From an uncultured bacterium (GTDB lineage Bacteria > Chloroflexota > UBA5177 > JANWHV01): a DNA stretch of 64,000 nt. Of the stretch, positions 32,097-41,396 are shown in pieces. Both the position numbers and the translations under genes were made by a program. The stretch covers positions 384,001 through 448,000 of the forward strand of contig CAWHAE010000014.1 of the NCBI GenBank assembly GCA_963827235.1, given 5' to 3'. Below the pieces are notes generated by a model. The model saw nothing but the letters and a program-made list of their open reading frames with translations. It made no database searches and was not told where the DNA came from. Every line of letters begins with the position of its first letter. Position 1 is the first letter of the stretch.

Positions 32097-32314
32097 GGCC
32101 GTACCCGGCCGCAAAGCGGAGTATTGGCGTTGAGCCACCACGTGGCTGCCGCCCCAGCCCTCCTGGCCCGTGTGCTCCCCGACCTCGCTGCCGCGCAAGC
32201 TAGTTGCTGCCGGGCCTGCTCCGAAAGCACGCGCAGTGATCGGAATACTGCGACCGAGCCACACGCATCGACGGCGGCCGGCGGTAGCTCCGGCGCGACC
32301 AGCGGCCGCCCGGG

Positions 32315-32662
32315 CTAACTGGGCTTCGACGGAGTGGCGGCCGGTTGCACCGCCGAGCTCTTCGTGGAGCTATCGCTGGACGAAGTGCTCGAAGCCGCGG
32401 CGCCACTCGAGGCGGCATCGCTCGCTGGCTTGGCCGCGGCGGTCCCACTGCTGCTCTCACCTGGTGGCACACTCGCTGAGCTCGTGCTCCGGCTATCGGT
32501 CTTGTAGAAACCGCTGCCCTTGAACACGATGCCCACGGGCTGAATAACCCGTCGCACTCGTCCGGAACACTCTGGGCACACGCTCAGCGGATCGTCGCCG
32601 AAGCGCTGCCTCACTTCGAAGCCGTGGCCACACGTTTCACACGCATACACATATAGGGGCAT
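32315..32662 (-). CDS. FmdB family zinc-ribbon regulatory protein
   Basis: MPLYVYACETC...CPEC...GIVFKGSGFYKTD with Ser-rich tail. Confidence 0.92.
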   Translation of the reverse strand: MPLYVYACETCGHGFEVRQRFGDDPLSVCPECSGRVRRVIQPVGIVFKGSGFYKTDSRSTSSASVPPGESSSGTAAAKPASDAASSGAAASSTSSSDSSTKSSAVQPAATPSKPS

Positions 32663-32802
32663 CAGGACTCTCCAGGGTCATCTTGGTAAGCACGCAGGCG
32701 AGCGCACTCGGCCTGCCGACTATACTTGATTGTAGTGTACCCAGAAACGCGAACCGGCAGCAGCACGAAGCGTTCCGGCGGCGTGCCGGCAACATGCCGT
32801 AA

Positions 32803-32811
32803 TGCTATACT
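32803..32811 (+). promoter_or_regulatory. Extended -10 promoter for the S2P-scpA-scpB operon
   Basis: TGcTATACT about 40 bp before the GTG start. Confidence 0.5.
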
Positions 32812-32851
32812 TTGGCAGGTCAATCGCACGGCGTCGGGAAAGGTTATTACC

Positions 32852-33553
32852 GTGCATCTTGCTATCCCACTGGCCTTCGTGGCACCCACCTTCGGTGATC
32901 ACACGATTACGCAGATCGTCGACATCATCCTTGCGCTGCTGATCGCTATCGACTTACACGAGCTGGCGCATGCGCTCGTCGCCACGTACCTGGGTGACGA
33001 CACGCCTCGACTGGCGGGTCATATCTCGCTCAACCCGTTCCGCCACATGGACCAGTTCGGCATTGTGTTGCTGGTGCTCATGGCGGTAAGCGGGTACGGC
33101 TTCGCGTACGGATTTACACCGGTCAATGAGAACGCGCTTCGTCGCCGCACCAGATTTGGCCCGGCATTGGTCGCCGCGGCCGGTCCGATCGCCAATTTGC
33201 TGACGGCCTTCGTGCTCGCTTTTCCACTGAAGAATGCCATTGACGCGACGATCAATAATGGCGTGGACCTTGCCCTCCTCGGCAATGCCGAGCTGTTCAA
33301 TTTCGTGGCGGAGCTCTTCCTTGTCAGCGTGCTGCTCTTCGTGTTCAACCTGATACCGGTGCCGCCGCTTGACGGGTGGACCGTCTTCTCCGCTTTCTTG
33401 ACGCGCAAGACCCTCTACGAGCTTCGATCGTTCATCCAGTACGGGCCGATGATCCTGCTGATCGTGTTCATCTTCAATCCGTACTTGCACATTCTCGACA
33501 ACACGATCTTTCCCTTGCAGCAGTGGCTGGGAGATCAGCTGCTCCGGCTATGA
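32852..33553 (+). CDS. Site-2 protease (M50) family membrane metalloprotease
   Basis: HELAH, AAGPIAN, FNLIPVPPLDG. Confidence 0.93.
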   Translation: MHLAIPLAFVAPTFGDHTITQIVDIILALLIAIDLHELAHALVATYLGDDTPRLAGHISLNPFRHMDQFGIVLLVLMAVSGYGFAYGFTPVNENALRRRTRFGPALVAAAGPIANLLTAFVLAFPLKNAIDATINNGVDLALLGNAELFNFVAELFLVSVLLFVFNLIPVPPLDGWTVFSAFLTRKTLYELRSFIQYGPMILLIVFIFNPYLHILDNTIFPLQQWLGDQLLRL

Positions 33554-34290
33554 CCTCAAGCCTCGGCGCCTTGCACCTGAGACTAGACGACTTCGAGGGA
33601 CCACTACCGCTACTTCTCCACCTGATCGAGAACAACGAGCTCGAGATCACGCGGGTTTCGGTGGCCGCCGTGGCCGATCAGTTTCTGGCCCTGATGGCAG
33701 GGCACGGGTCCATGGAGCTGGCGACCACGGGTGAGTTCGTGTCCGCGGCTGCCAGGCTCTTGCTCATCAAGTCCAGAGCGCTTCTGCTGAGGCGGGACCC
33801 GGCGACCGACGAGCGCGACGAGCTGGATGACGCGGAGGCGCTGGCGCGGCAGATCGCCGAATACGCGCGCTTCAAGCGCGTCGCGCTAGCGCTCGCGGAG
33901 AGACTGGAAGGCGACGCGGAGACGCGCGCCCGTCTACCCTCCCCACGACCCGTGGCGCTGCCGGCGAATCCGGCGAAGATTCAGGCCGGCAGCCTGCTCC
34001 GGGCGGCTCGCAGGTTGCTCGTGGAACCAAGCCCCAGCGCCCAGGAAGCGGGACCGTGGTCCGAAGTGACATTCAGCGAGGTGAAAGCTGTCCTCCTGGC
34101 AGAGATGAACAAGGTCGGGCAGACGAGCTTTGGCGCGCTGAGTGCCACGGTCCGGCATCCACTCATCGTGATCACGATGTTTCTAGCACTCCTGGATGCC
34201 GTGAGAGCGCAGCAACTGTGCATGGCGCAGGAAGAGCCCTTCGGCCCCATTTCCGTGTCGCTGGCGGGCGTGTCGGCGTCTCATGCTTGA
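33550..34290 (+). CDS. scpA: Segregation/condensation protein A
   Basis: DFEGPLPLLLHLI, AARLLLIKSRALL, FLALLD; ATGA overlap with S2P. Confidence 0.9.
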   Translation: MTSSLGALHLRLDDFEGPLPLLLHLIENNELEITRVSVAAVADQFLALMAGHGSMELATTGEFVSAAARLLLIKSRALLLRRDPATDERDELDDAEALARQIAEYARFKRVALALAERLEGDAETRARLPSPRPVALPANPAKIQAGSLLRAARRLLVEPSPSAQEAGPWSEVTFSEVKAVLLAEMNKVGQTSFGALSATVRHPLIVITMFLALLDAVRAQQLCMAQEEPFGPISVSLAGVSASHA

Positions 34291-34798
34291 CGCAGACGTG
34301 CGCGTGGTCGAGGCGCTCTTGTTGCTCGCAGCCGATCCGGTCGACGTCGCCGCCCTGGCGGCAGCGGCCGCGATTCCCGAGGCACGCGCGCTCGGTTGCC
34401 TCGATGAGCTCGAGCGCGGCTACATGACAGACGGCAGGGGGATGCGGCTCGAACGCAGCCGCTCCGGTGTCCGCCTGGTCACCGCGCCGGATACCGGTCC
34501 TGCAGTGGCCCGCTTCCAGGGGCTCGACCGCAAGCCGAAGCTGTCGTCGGCGGCCCAGGACGCCCTGGCCATCGTGGCCTACCGCCAACCAGTGACGCGC
34601 TCAACCGTCGAAAGGATCCGTGGCGTCGGCAGCGAGCACGTGCTCACGGTGCTCCTTAATGCGGGCCTGATCGAGGAGGTCGGCCGAGCCGACGCGCTGG
34701 GAAGGCCGGTGCTCTATGGAACGACGCCGTCGTTCCTGGAAGCAACCGGCCTCACCTCGCTCGATGATCTGCCGCCGCTGGAGGAGTCTACTCCCTGA
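34283..34798 (+). CDS. scpB: Segregation/condensation protein B
   Basis: LAIVAYRQPVTR..ERIRGV, GRPVLYGTT..FL. Confidence 0.93.
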   Translation: MLDADVRVVEALLLLAADPVDVAALAAAAAIPEARALGCLDELERGYMTDGRGMRLERSRSGVRLVTAPDTGPAVARFQGLDRKPKLSSAAQDALAIVAYRQPVTRSTVERIRGVGSEHVLTVLLNAGLIEEVGRADALGRPVLYGTTPSFLEATGLTSLDDLPPLEESTP

Positions 34799-34813
34799 AG
34801 CCCAACGCTCCCA

Positions 34814-35212
34814 CTAGCGCTTGGTGTATTGCGGTGCCTTGCGGGCGCGCTTGAGACCGTACTTCTTCCGCTCTTTGACGCGCGAATCACGCGTGAGGAA
34901 GCCATTTCGTCGCATCACAGGGCGCAACGCTTCGTCCATGCGCACCAGCGCACGTGCCACACCGTGCCTGATCGCGCCGGCCTGTCCGGCGTGCCCGCCG
35001 CCCACGACCTTCACGATTACATTGTAGGCCACCGGAAGTGCTGCTTCGGCGAGCGGTGCCCGCACGATGGCTTCCAGCGCCGGGCGTCCGAAGTAATCGG
35101 CCGCCGACTTGTTGTTTACGACGACGCGCCCGTCTCCCGCCATGAGCTTGACACGTGCGACGGCGCATTTGCGGCGGCCGAGGCCGTAGTGATACTGAAT
35201 TGCGTCAGCCAT
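34814..35212 (-). CDS. rpsI: 30S ribosomal protein S9
   Basis: GRRKCAVAR, ERKKYGLKRARKAPQYTKR. Confidence 0.98.
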   Translation of the reverse strand: MADAIQYHYGLGRRKCAVARVKLMAGDGRVVVNNKSAADYFGRPALEAIVRAPLAEAALPVAYNVIVKVVGGGHAGQAGAIRHGVARALVRMDEALRPVMRRNGFLTRDSRVKERKKYGLKRARKAPQYTKR

Positions 35213-35232
35213 TCCTGCCCTACTTCCCCCTC

Positions 35233-35697
35233 TTACCGCGACCGCTTCGTGGCCCGGCCGGCGTCGAGTACCAGTGCGATGTCCTGAGGCACCTGACCCT
35301 CGTGCGGATGGCCGTCCCCTGCGTATACCCTCAGCTTGCTGGCCATCGCATCGCCGAGCTTGTTCCTCGGCAGCATGCCGCGAACGGCAGCCTCGATTAC
35401 GCGCTCCGGGTGCGTATCGAGCATGCGCTGCAGGCTCGTTGCCCGCAGGCCGCCCGGAAACCCAGAATGCGAATAGTAGGTCTTCTTGGTCAAGCGTTGA
35501 CCCGTCACCGCTATCTTCTCCGCGTTGATCACAATCACGTGATCGCCGACGTCGATGTCCGGACTGACGATGGGCTTGTGCTTGCCGCGCAATACGAACG
35601 CGACGTCAGACGCAAGGCGCCCAAGCACCTTGCCGGAAGCGTCGATGGTGTACCACTTCCGCTCGATCTCGTTTACTTTCACAACATGCGTTGCCAT
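35233..35697 (-). CDS. rplM: 50S ribosomal protein L13
   Basis: WYTIDA...LGRLAS...LRGKHKP; start MATH after AAGGAG. Confidence 0.97.
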   Translation of the reverse strand: MATHVVKVNEIERKWYTIDASGKVLGRLASDVAFVLRGKHKPIVSPDIDVGDHVIVINAEKIAVTGQRLTKKTYYSHSGFPGGLRATSLQRMLDTHPERVIEAAVRGMLPRNKLGDAMASKLRVYAGDGHPHEGQVPQDIALVLDAGRATKRSR

Positions 35698-35746
35698 CCG
35701 CGACTCCTTCAGCCTCACGCCGAGAGACTCTACCCGCCCGCCTCGC

Positions 35747-36523
35747 TCAATAGCGGACACGTACAAGATACAGACCATGTGCCGGCACCGCCGGACCCGC
35801 TACTATCGATCGATCGCCGCGCAGCAGCGAAGTGATAGCGTGCTTCACTAACGAGCCGCTCCCTATCCTCAAGAGTGTGCCAACCACCATGCGTACCATG
35901 TGACGGAGAAAGGCGTCAGCCACGAAGCGGAACTGCACGAAGCGCGCACGTTTCCAGCACGCGGCATCGTACATGGTGCGCACCGTCCCGCCCTTGACTT
36001 CAGTCGCCTGCGATGGACTCGCGCTCTCTCGGCTGTGCACCATCGGCCCGCCGAAGGCGGCGAAATCGTGTCGGCCGCAGAGCGAGCCCGCGGCTTCATT
36101 CATGCGATCGACGTCTAGAGCCCCGGACACGTGGTAGGCTCGCATGCGCAGCAGCGGAGATTGGACCTGGCAATTCTCCACGACGTAGCGATACTCGCGG
36201 CTTACCGCATTGAAGCGGGCATGGAAGGCCGGCTCCGCGTCCTGCAACTCACGTATTCGCACCGCCGCCGGAAGATTGGCGTTCACCGCGCGCTCCAGCA
36301 CTTGCACGTGTAGGCCCGAGTCGGTGCCGAAGTGAACCACCTGTCCGATCGCGTGCACGCCGGCATCAGTCCTTCCGGCGCCCACGACGAGCACCGGTTG
36401 GCTGGTCACGGTACCGACTGCGGACTCCAATGCACCTTGAACCGTCTGTCTCTCCGGCTGCCGCTGAAAGCCGGCGAAGGCAGTTCCGTCATATTCCACC
36501 AGGCAGCGCAACAATCTCGTCAT
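35747..36523 (-). CDS. truA: tRNA pseudouridine(38-40) synthase
   Basis: YDGTAFAGFQ, GRTDAGVHA, FLRHMVR. Confidence 0.96.
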   Translation of the reverse strand: MTRLLRCLVEYDGTAFAGFQRQPERQTVQGALESAVGTVTSQPVLVVGAGRTDAGVHAIGQVVHFGTDSGLHVQVLERAVNANLPAAVRIRELQDAEPAFHARFNAVSREYRYVVENCQVQSPLLRMRAYHVSGALDVDRMNEAAGSLCGRHDFAAFGGPMVHSRESASPSQATEVKGGTVRTMYDAACWKRARFVQFRFVADAFLRHMVRMVVGTLLRIGSGSLVKHAITSLLRGDRSIVAGPAVPAHGLYLVRVRY

Positions 36524-36873
36524 TCAACCAGTTCGATGACTGCCATCGGCGCGGCATCGCCGAACCGCGGCCCAAGCTTCACCACGCGAGTATAGCCGCC
36601 CGGCCGGCTCTTCATCTTGGGACCGATCTCGCTGAACAACCGCTCAACCGCTGCCTTGTCCGGAAGGTCGGAGAGCGCCAGCCTGCGGTGATGAACGCTC
36701 GGGTCACGCGCCAGTGTGATTAGCTTCTCGGCTGTCGGTCGAATTGCCTTGGCTTTAGCATGTGTCGTCGTGATGCGGCCCTTCATGAAGAGTGCCGCCA
36801 CCAAGGCACGATACAGCGCGATGCGCTGGTTGGTGGGCCGCCCGAACTTGTGGCCCGCGCGTAGATGCCTCAC
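36520..36873 (-). CDS. rplQ: 50S ribosomal protein L17
   Basis: MRH...RPGGYTRV...GDAAPMA. Confidence 0.98.
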   Translation of the reverse strand: MRHLRAGHKFGRPTNQRIALYRALVAALFMKGRITTTHAKAKAIRPTAEKLITLARDPSVHHRRLALSDLPDKAAVERLFSEIGPKMKSRPGGYTRVVKLGPRFGDAAPMAVIELVE

Positions 36874-37886
36874 TATTCGTCCTCCTCCTCATCCAGGTCG
36901 CCGAGCAAGCCGCCGGATCCAGAGGACTGCAAGAGTGGGCTATTGCTCGCTTCGGACAGCAGATTGTTGGCCGCAAGGCGATCCTTCAGCTCGTCCAGCG
37001 ACTTCTTGCCAAAGTTGCGCACGGCGAGTAGCTCATCCTCAGACATCTCGAGTACCTCGCCGACCTTCGAGATGTTCGCCCGCTTGAGCGAGTTGTAGGC
37101 ACGCGGTGTGAGCTCGAGCTTCTCGATCGGCATGTCGTAGATGTGAGAAGGAAGCGAGCCCCCTGCCGGCGTCTTTGCCGCCGCGGTGGCGTCGACTTTG
37201 CCGAAGCCCGCCACTTGCTCGAAATGCTGTCGCAAGATCTCCGCGCTCTGCGTGAGCGCGGTGCTGGGATCCATGGTGCCGTCGGTCCAGATCTCCAGGA
37301 CCAAGCGCTCGAAGTTCGTCATTGGCCCGACGCGTTTGCGCTCGATGACGTAATTGACGCGGCGGATAGGGCTGAACACGGCATCGATCGGTATGGTTCC
37401 GATCTCCGTGCTCTCGTTGAGATCGGTAGGTAGATACCGCTTGCCGCGTTCGACAATCATCTCGGCGTGCAGTGTGGCGTCATCCCCGTCGAGGGTCGCC
37501 AGATATTGCTCAGGATTGACTACCTCGATATCCGCCGGAACCAGCAGATCCTTGGCCAGGATTTCACCGGCTCCGCGCATGTCGAGCTCGATTGACACCG
37601 GCTGCTCGCTGAACGACTTGAGACGTACTTTCTTGAGGTTGAGCACGAACTCCGTCACGTCCTCGCGAACGTGCGGGATATCGGTGAACTCGTGAAGGAC
37701 GCCGTCAATCTTGACCGAGGTGACGGCCGCTCCCCAGAGAGAGGACAGCAGGATTCGCCGCAGTGCGTTGCCTAGCGTGACACCGTAGCCCTCCTCGAGC
37801 GGCGAGATCTCGAAGCGGCCGTGAGTCGGCCCCAGCTTCGTAGCTTCTATGTTGAACGGAGACGGAGCGGTATTGCCATCCAACAA
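36873..37886 (-). CDS. rpoA: RNA polymerase alpha subunit
   Basis: PLEEGYGVTLGNALRRILLSS, alphaCTD RAYNSLKRA...NFGKKS; TTG start after GGAGGG. Confidence 0.97.
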   Translation of the reverse strand: MLDGNTAPSPFNIEATKLGPTHGRFEISPLEEGYGVTLGNALRRILLSSLWGAAVTSVKIDGVLHEFTDIPHVREDVTEFVLNLKKVRLKSFSEQPVSIELDMRGAGEILAKDLLVPADIEVVNPEQYLATLDGDDATLHAEMIVERGKRYLPTDLNESTEIGTIPIDAVFSPIRRVNYVIERKRVGPMTNFERLVLEIWTDGTMDPSTALTQSAEILRQHFEQVAGFGKVDATAAAKTPAGGSLPSHIYDMPIEKLELTPRAYNSLKRANISKVGEVLEMSEDELLAVRNFGKKSLDELKDRLAANNLLSEASNSPLLQSSGSGGLLGDLDEEEDE

Positions 37887-37961
37887 CGGACGTACCCTCC
37901 CTGACTCGTTGAAGGCCTTGGAGGCCAGGCTGTCTGATGCTATCAAGGGCGCTACCTTCGA

Positions 37962-38594
37962 CTAGACGCGGCGCGAGTAGTACTCGACGATTAGCTGCTC
38001 GTGCACGCTCTGATCGCAGTCAGTCCGCTCGGGCAAAGAGAGCACGGATCCGGTCAGCCCGTCCCCCTGCGCACTCAGCCACTGCGGAACCGGCTTGGAG
38101 CGCAGCGTCGCGGCTACATCCTTGAAGTACGTCAGGCTTCTGCTGTTGGGCCGCACGCTCACCACGTCGCCAACCCGTAGCCTGTGCGATGGGATGCTCG
38201 CCTTTCGGCCGTTCACGAAGAAATGGCCGTGGTTCACCAGTTGCCGAGCCTGCTCCCGATTTGCGGCAAGTCCGAGCCGGAAAACGACGTTGTCCAGGCG
38301 AAGCTCGAGAAAGCGAAGCAGCGTCTCGCCAGTCATTCCCGCACGCTTGCTGGCTTCTCCGAATGTCTTCCTGAACTGCGATTCGAGCACGCCGTAGATT
38401 CGGCGAGCTTTCTGCTTTTCGCGTAGCTGCAGACCATATTCCGATGGTTTGCGGCGACGCTGCTGATGTGGTCCCGGTGGATTCGGGCGGCGCTCGATCG
38501 CGCATTTCTTTGTCATGCACCGCTCACCCTTGAGGAACAGCTTTATGCCCTCACGGCGGCACAGCTTGCAGTCGGGCCCGGTATATCGTGCCAT
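37962..38594 (-). CDS. rpsD: 30S ribosomal protein S4 (Zn-ribbon form)
   Basis: [16 protein letters not shown]...C...KC, LELRLDN. Confidence 0.98.
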   Translation of the reverse strand: MARYTGPDCKLCRREGIKLFLKGERCMTKKCAIERRPNPPGPHQQRRRKPSEYGLQLREKQKARRIYGVLESQFRKTFGEASKRAGMTGETLLRFLELRLDNVVFRLGLAANREQARQLVNHGHFFVNGRKASIPSHRLRVGDVVSVRPNSRSLTYFKDVAATLRSKPVPQWLSAQGDGLTGSVLSLPERTDCDQSVHEQLIVEYYSRRV

Positions 38595-38698
38595 ATTGCG
38601 CGAAACGGTACCCAATCAAGACACTCGCTATCTGCTAGCCTGTGCCAGCTCCTCGCGCGTCCCAACCGGTACCTGACGCAACCTCCTCTCTTGATTAA

Positions 38699-39112
38699 TC
38701 AGACACGCCGCCGCTTCGGCGGGCGGCAGCCGTTGTGAGGAATTGGTGTGACGTCGGTGATGGAGCTTACGCTCAATCCAGCCTGCTGCAATGCCCGGAT
38801 CGCAGACTCACGTCCAGAGCCGGGGCCCTTCACGTAGACATCCACCTGTCGCATGCCGTGCTCGATCGCCTTCCGAGCAGCCACGTCGGCGCTCATTTGC
38901 GCGGCGTACGGCGTACTCTTCCTGCTGCCGCTGAATCCGGCCGCTCCCGCACTTCCCCAGCAGACGACTGCCCCGGTGGGATCGGTAATCGTCACAATGG
39001 TATTGTTGAACGTGGAATGGATATGGGCCTGCCCGATGGGCACGTTCTTTCGCTCACGGCGCCGACCGCGAACCGGACTCCTCCGTTTCGCGGGTGTCTT
39101 GGCGTCTGCCAT
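38699..39112 (-). CDS. rpsK: 30S ribosomal protein S11
   Basis: [32 protein letters not shown]. Confidence 0.98.
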   Translation of the reverse strand: MADAKTPAKRRSPVRGRRRERKNVPIGQAHIHSTFNNTIVTITDPTGAVVCWGSAGAAGFSGSRKSTPYAAQMSADVAARKAIEHGMRQVDVYVKGPGSGRESAIRALQQAGLSVSSITDVTPIPHNGCRPPKRRRV

Positions 39113-39181
39113 GTCGTTCCCCCCTGGCGCACCGAGGCGCGTCAATCACAGTCCGGCGAGAAGCCCGCGCCGGCTTCGCTA

Positions 39182-39559
39182 CTACTTCTTGGCCTTCTTG
39201 CGAGCGCCCACCGTCTTCTTTGCACCGCGCAGCGTGCGCGCGTTCGTGCGCGTCCGCTGGCCGCGACTGGGCAGCTTGCGGCGATGCCGGAGACCTCGGT
39301 AACTGCCGATCTCCTGAAGCCGCTTGATATTCAGCGCAATTTCCCGGCGTAAGTCACCTTCAACGCGGTAGTTGCGGTCGATATACTCACGCAGCCTGTT
39401 GACTTCGTCTTCCGTTAGATCCTTGACCCGCGTATCCTCGTTCACGCCGACCGTGGCAAGTACCTTCTTGCTGGTGGTCGGGCCAATGCCGAAAATATAG
39501 GTCAGAGAGATCACCACGCGCTTATCGCGCGGAATATCGACACCGGCGATACGAGCCAA
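39182..39559 (-). CDS. rpsM: 30S ribosomal protein S13
   Basis: [23 protein letters not shown]. Confidence 0.98.
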   Translation of the reverse strand: MARIAGVDIPRDKRVVISLTYIFGIGPTTSKKVLATVGVNEDTRVKDLTEDEVNRLREYIDRNYRVEGDLRREIALNIKRLQEIGSYRGLRHRRKLPSRGQRTRTNARTLRGAKKTVGARKKAKK

Positions 39560-39668
39560 TAGAACTCTCCTTATGATCGGGGGCCGAAACCCGCCGCTTG
39601 CTTGACTGCCACTGGACGGCACGTGGCGAGAGAAGCTCCGGCGCAGCCGCGCTCCGGAGCTTCTGGAC

Positions 39669-39782
39669 CTAACCCTGGCGTTGCTTGTGCTTCGATTCCG
39701 AGCAAATGACCATCACCACGCCGTGGCGACGGATCAGCTTGCACTTCGGGCACCGCTTCTTCACCGAAGGCCGTACTTTCAT
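39669..39782 (-). CDS. rpmJ: 50S ribosomal protein L36 (absent from the ORF track, 37 aa)
   Basis: Manual translation [37 protein letters not shown]; GGAGAG RBS. Confidence 0.97.
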   Translation of the reverse strand: MKVRPSVKKRCPKCKLIRRHGVVMVICSESKHKQRQG

Positions 39783-39816
39783 TGAGAACTCTCCCTAGTA
39801 GAAGGCGCGACTACGA

Positions 39817-39827
39817 ATTATATCACA
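39817..39827 (-). promoter_or_regulatory. Internal extended -10 promoter for rpmJ and the alpha operon
   Basis: TGTGATATAAT on the minus strand, between map and rpmJ. Confidence 0.7.
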
Positions 39828-39846
39828 TGTTCCGCGCAGACTGACT

Positions 39847-40644
39847 CTATCCCGCCGCGAGCACCGGACCACGCGCCCACATCTTGGCCTGGTCGGACGG
39901 CTCGGTCAGCACCCGAGGTCCCGACTCGGTGATGGCGACAGTATGCTCAAAGTGAGCTGACAGCTTTCCGTCTTTGGTCACGATTGTCCACTTGTCCTCG
40001 AGCACGAACGTCTCCGCCCCTCCGGCGTTGACCATGGGCTCGATAGTGAATACCATACCCGGTCGCAATACGATGCCTCGCGATGCCTGCCGGTAATTCG
40101 GGACCTGAGGCTCCTCCCACATGCTTCTGCCAATGCCGTGGCCGACCAAGTTGCGGACCACACTCAGTCCCTTGGACTCCACGAACTCGTGAATCGCAGC
40201 CGAGATGTCGTAGAGGTGCCTGCCGGGAGTTGCCAGGCTGATGCCAAGGGCAAGTGCTTGCTCCGTCGACTCGGCCAGATGCCTCGCTTGCGGCGAAAGC
40301 AATCCGACGCCGGCGGTAATAGCCGCGTCCCCGTGATAACCTCCGTAGATCGCCGCGATGTCTAGGCTGACCAGGTCGCCGGCGCGCAAGATCCGTGGCC
40401 CGGGAATGCCATGTACCACCTCTTCGTTGACGGACACGCAGACCACGCCGTCGAACTTGACCGCGGCATAGCTGGTCACCGCGCCCTGGCTGGCCAGATA
40501 CCGCTCCGCCAGGTCGTTGAGATGCCGCGTCGTTACCCCTTCGCGCAGCTCGCCACGAAGCATCAGCAACGTGTCTGCCACGATCTGCCCTGCCCGGCGC
40601 ATTGTCTCTAGCTCGCGGGCCGATTTAATCCGGACGTTAGGCAT
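39847..40644 (-). CDS. map: Methionine aminopeptidase type I
   Basis: SVNEEVVHGIP, GHGIG, FTIEPM, SAHFEHT. Confidence 0.97.
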   Translation of the reverse strand: MPNVRIKSARELETMRRAGQIVADTLLMLRGELREGVTTRHLNDLAERYLASQGAVTSYAAVKFDGVVCVSVNEEVVHGIPGPRILRAGDLVSLDIAAIYGGYHGDAAITAGVGLLSPQARHLAESTEQALALGISLATPGRHLYDISAAIHEFVESKGLSVVRNLVGHGIGRSMWEEPQVPNYRQASRGIVLRPGMVFTIEPMVNAGGAETFVLEDKWTIVTKDGKLSAHFEHTVAITESGPRVLTEPSDQAKMWARGPVLAAG

Positions 40645-41293
40645 GTGTGACGATGCTCTCCTCGAGATCTTTGAACACGTCCTCGATGTCGCGCTCGCCG
40701 TCGAAGCTACGCACCAGGTTCCGGCCCTCGTAATACTGTATGATGGGCCAGGTCTCCCGGCGGTACACGCGAATTCGATTCTGTATCTTCTCTACGTTGT
40801 CGTCGGCGCGCACGAATAGCTGGCTGCCGCAGTTATCGCAGATCCCCGCAACCTTGGGCGGCATGGACACGAGGTTGTAGACCGCGTTGCAATTGGGACA
40901 GCTCAGCCTATCCAGCATTCGATGCAGAACGGTCTCCTCGCGGACGGCTAGCCGAACCACTATGTCGATCTTCCTGCCCTTGCCCTCCGCGGCGAGCGCC
41001 GTGTCGAGCGCTTGGGCCTGGGCCAGCGTGCGCGGATAACCGTCCAGAAGGACGCCGCGAGCACAGTCGGGCCTGCTGATGCGCTCCAGAATCATGCTCG
41101 TCGTTAGGTCGTCGGGGACCAGTCCGCCCTGCTCGACGTAGCCCTTGGCCTTGAGTCCGAGCGGCGTACCCGCGCGCATCTCGGCGCGAAAGAAGTCGCC
41201 CGACGCTACATGAGCGATCATCAGCACGTCGGCGAGCTTCGCTGCTTGCGTGCCCTTGCCAGCGCCGGGGGGGCCGACGATGATGATGTTCAT
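40637..41293 (-). CDS. adk: Adenylate kinase (Zn-binding LID)
   Basis: GPPGAGKGTQA, LDGYPRT, CPNC...CDNC. Confidence 0.97.
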   Translation of the reverse strand: MNIIIVGPPGAGKGTQAAKLADVLMIAHVASGDFFRAEMRAGTPLGLKAKGYVEQGGLVPDDLTTSMILERISRPDCARGVLLDGYPRTLAQAQALDTALAAEGKGRKIDIVVRLAVREETVLHRMLDRLSCPNCNAVYNLVSMPPKVAGICDNCGSQLFVRADDNVEKIQNRIRVYRRETWPIIQYYEGRNLVRSFDGERDIEDVFKDLEESIVTHA

Positions 41294-41396
41294 AAGCAAA
41301 GCCTTTCGACGACGCGACAGCCGAGCAGGCTGCCGCGCTGCCACACGAAGGACCGCCCCGTCCGACAAGCCGGGACAGCAAGTAGCGCAGACACGC

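Noticed and set aside
32097-32314. 64-aa ORF 32124-32318 in a convergent gap
   Set aside because: Weak start, no family resemblance; likely non-coding.
32685-32730. CIRCE (HrcA) operator upstream of the FmdB gene
   Set aside because: Only one half-site (GCACTC) is present; the partner half and 9-bp spacing do not match.
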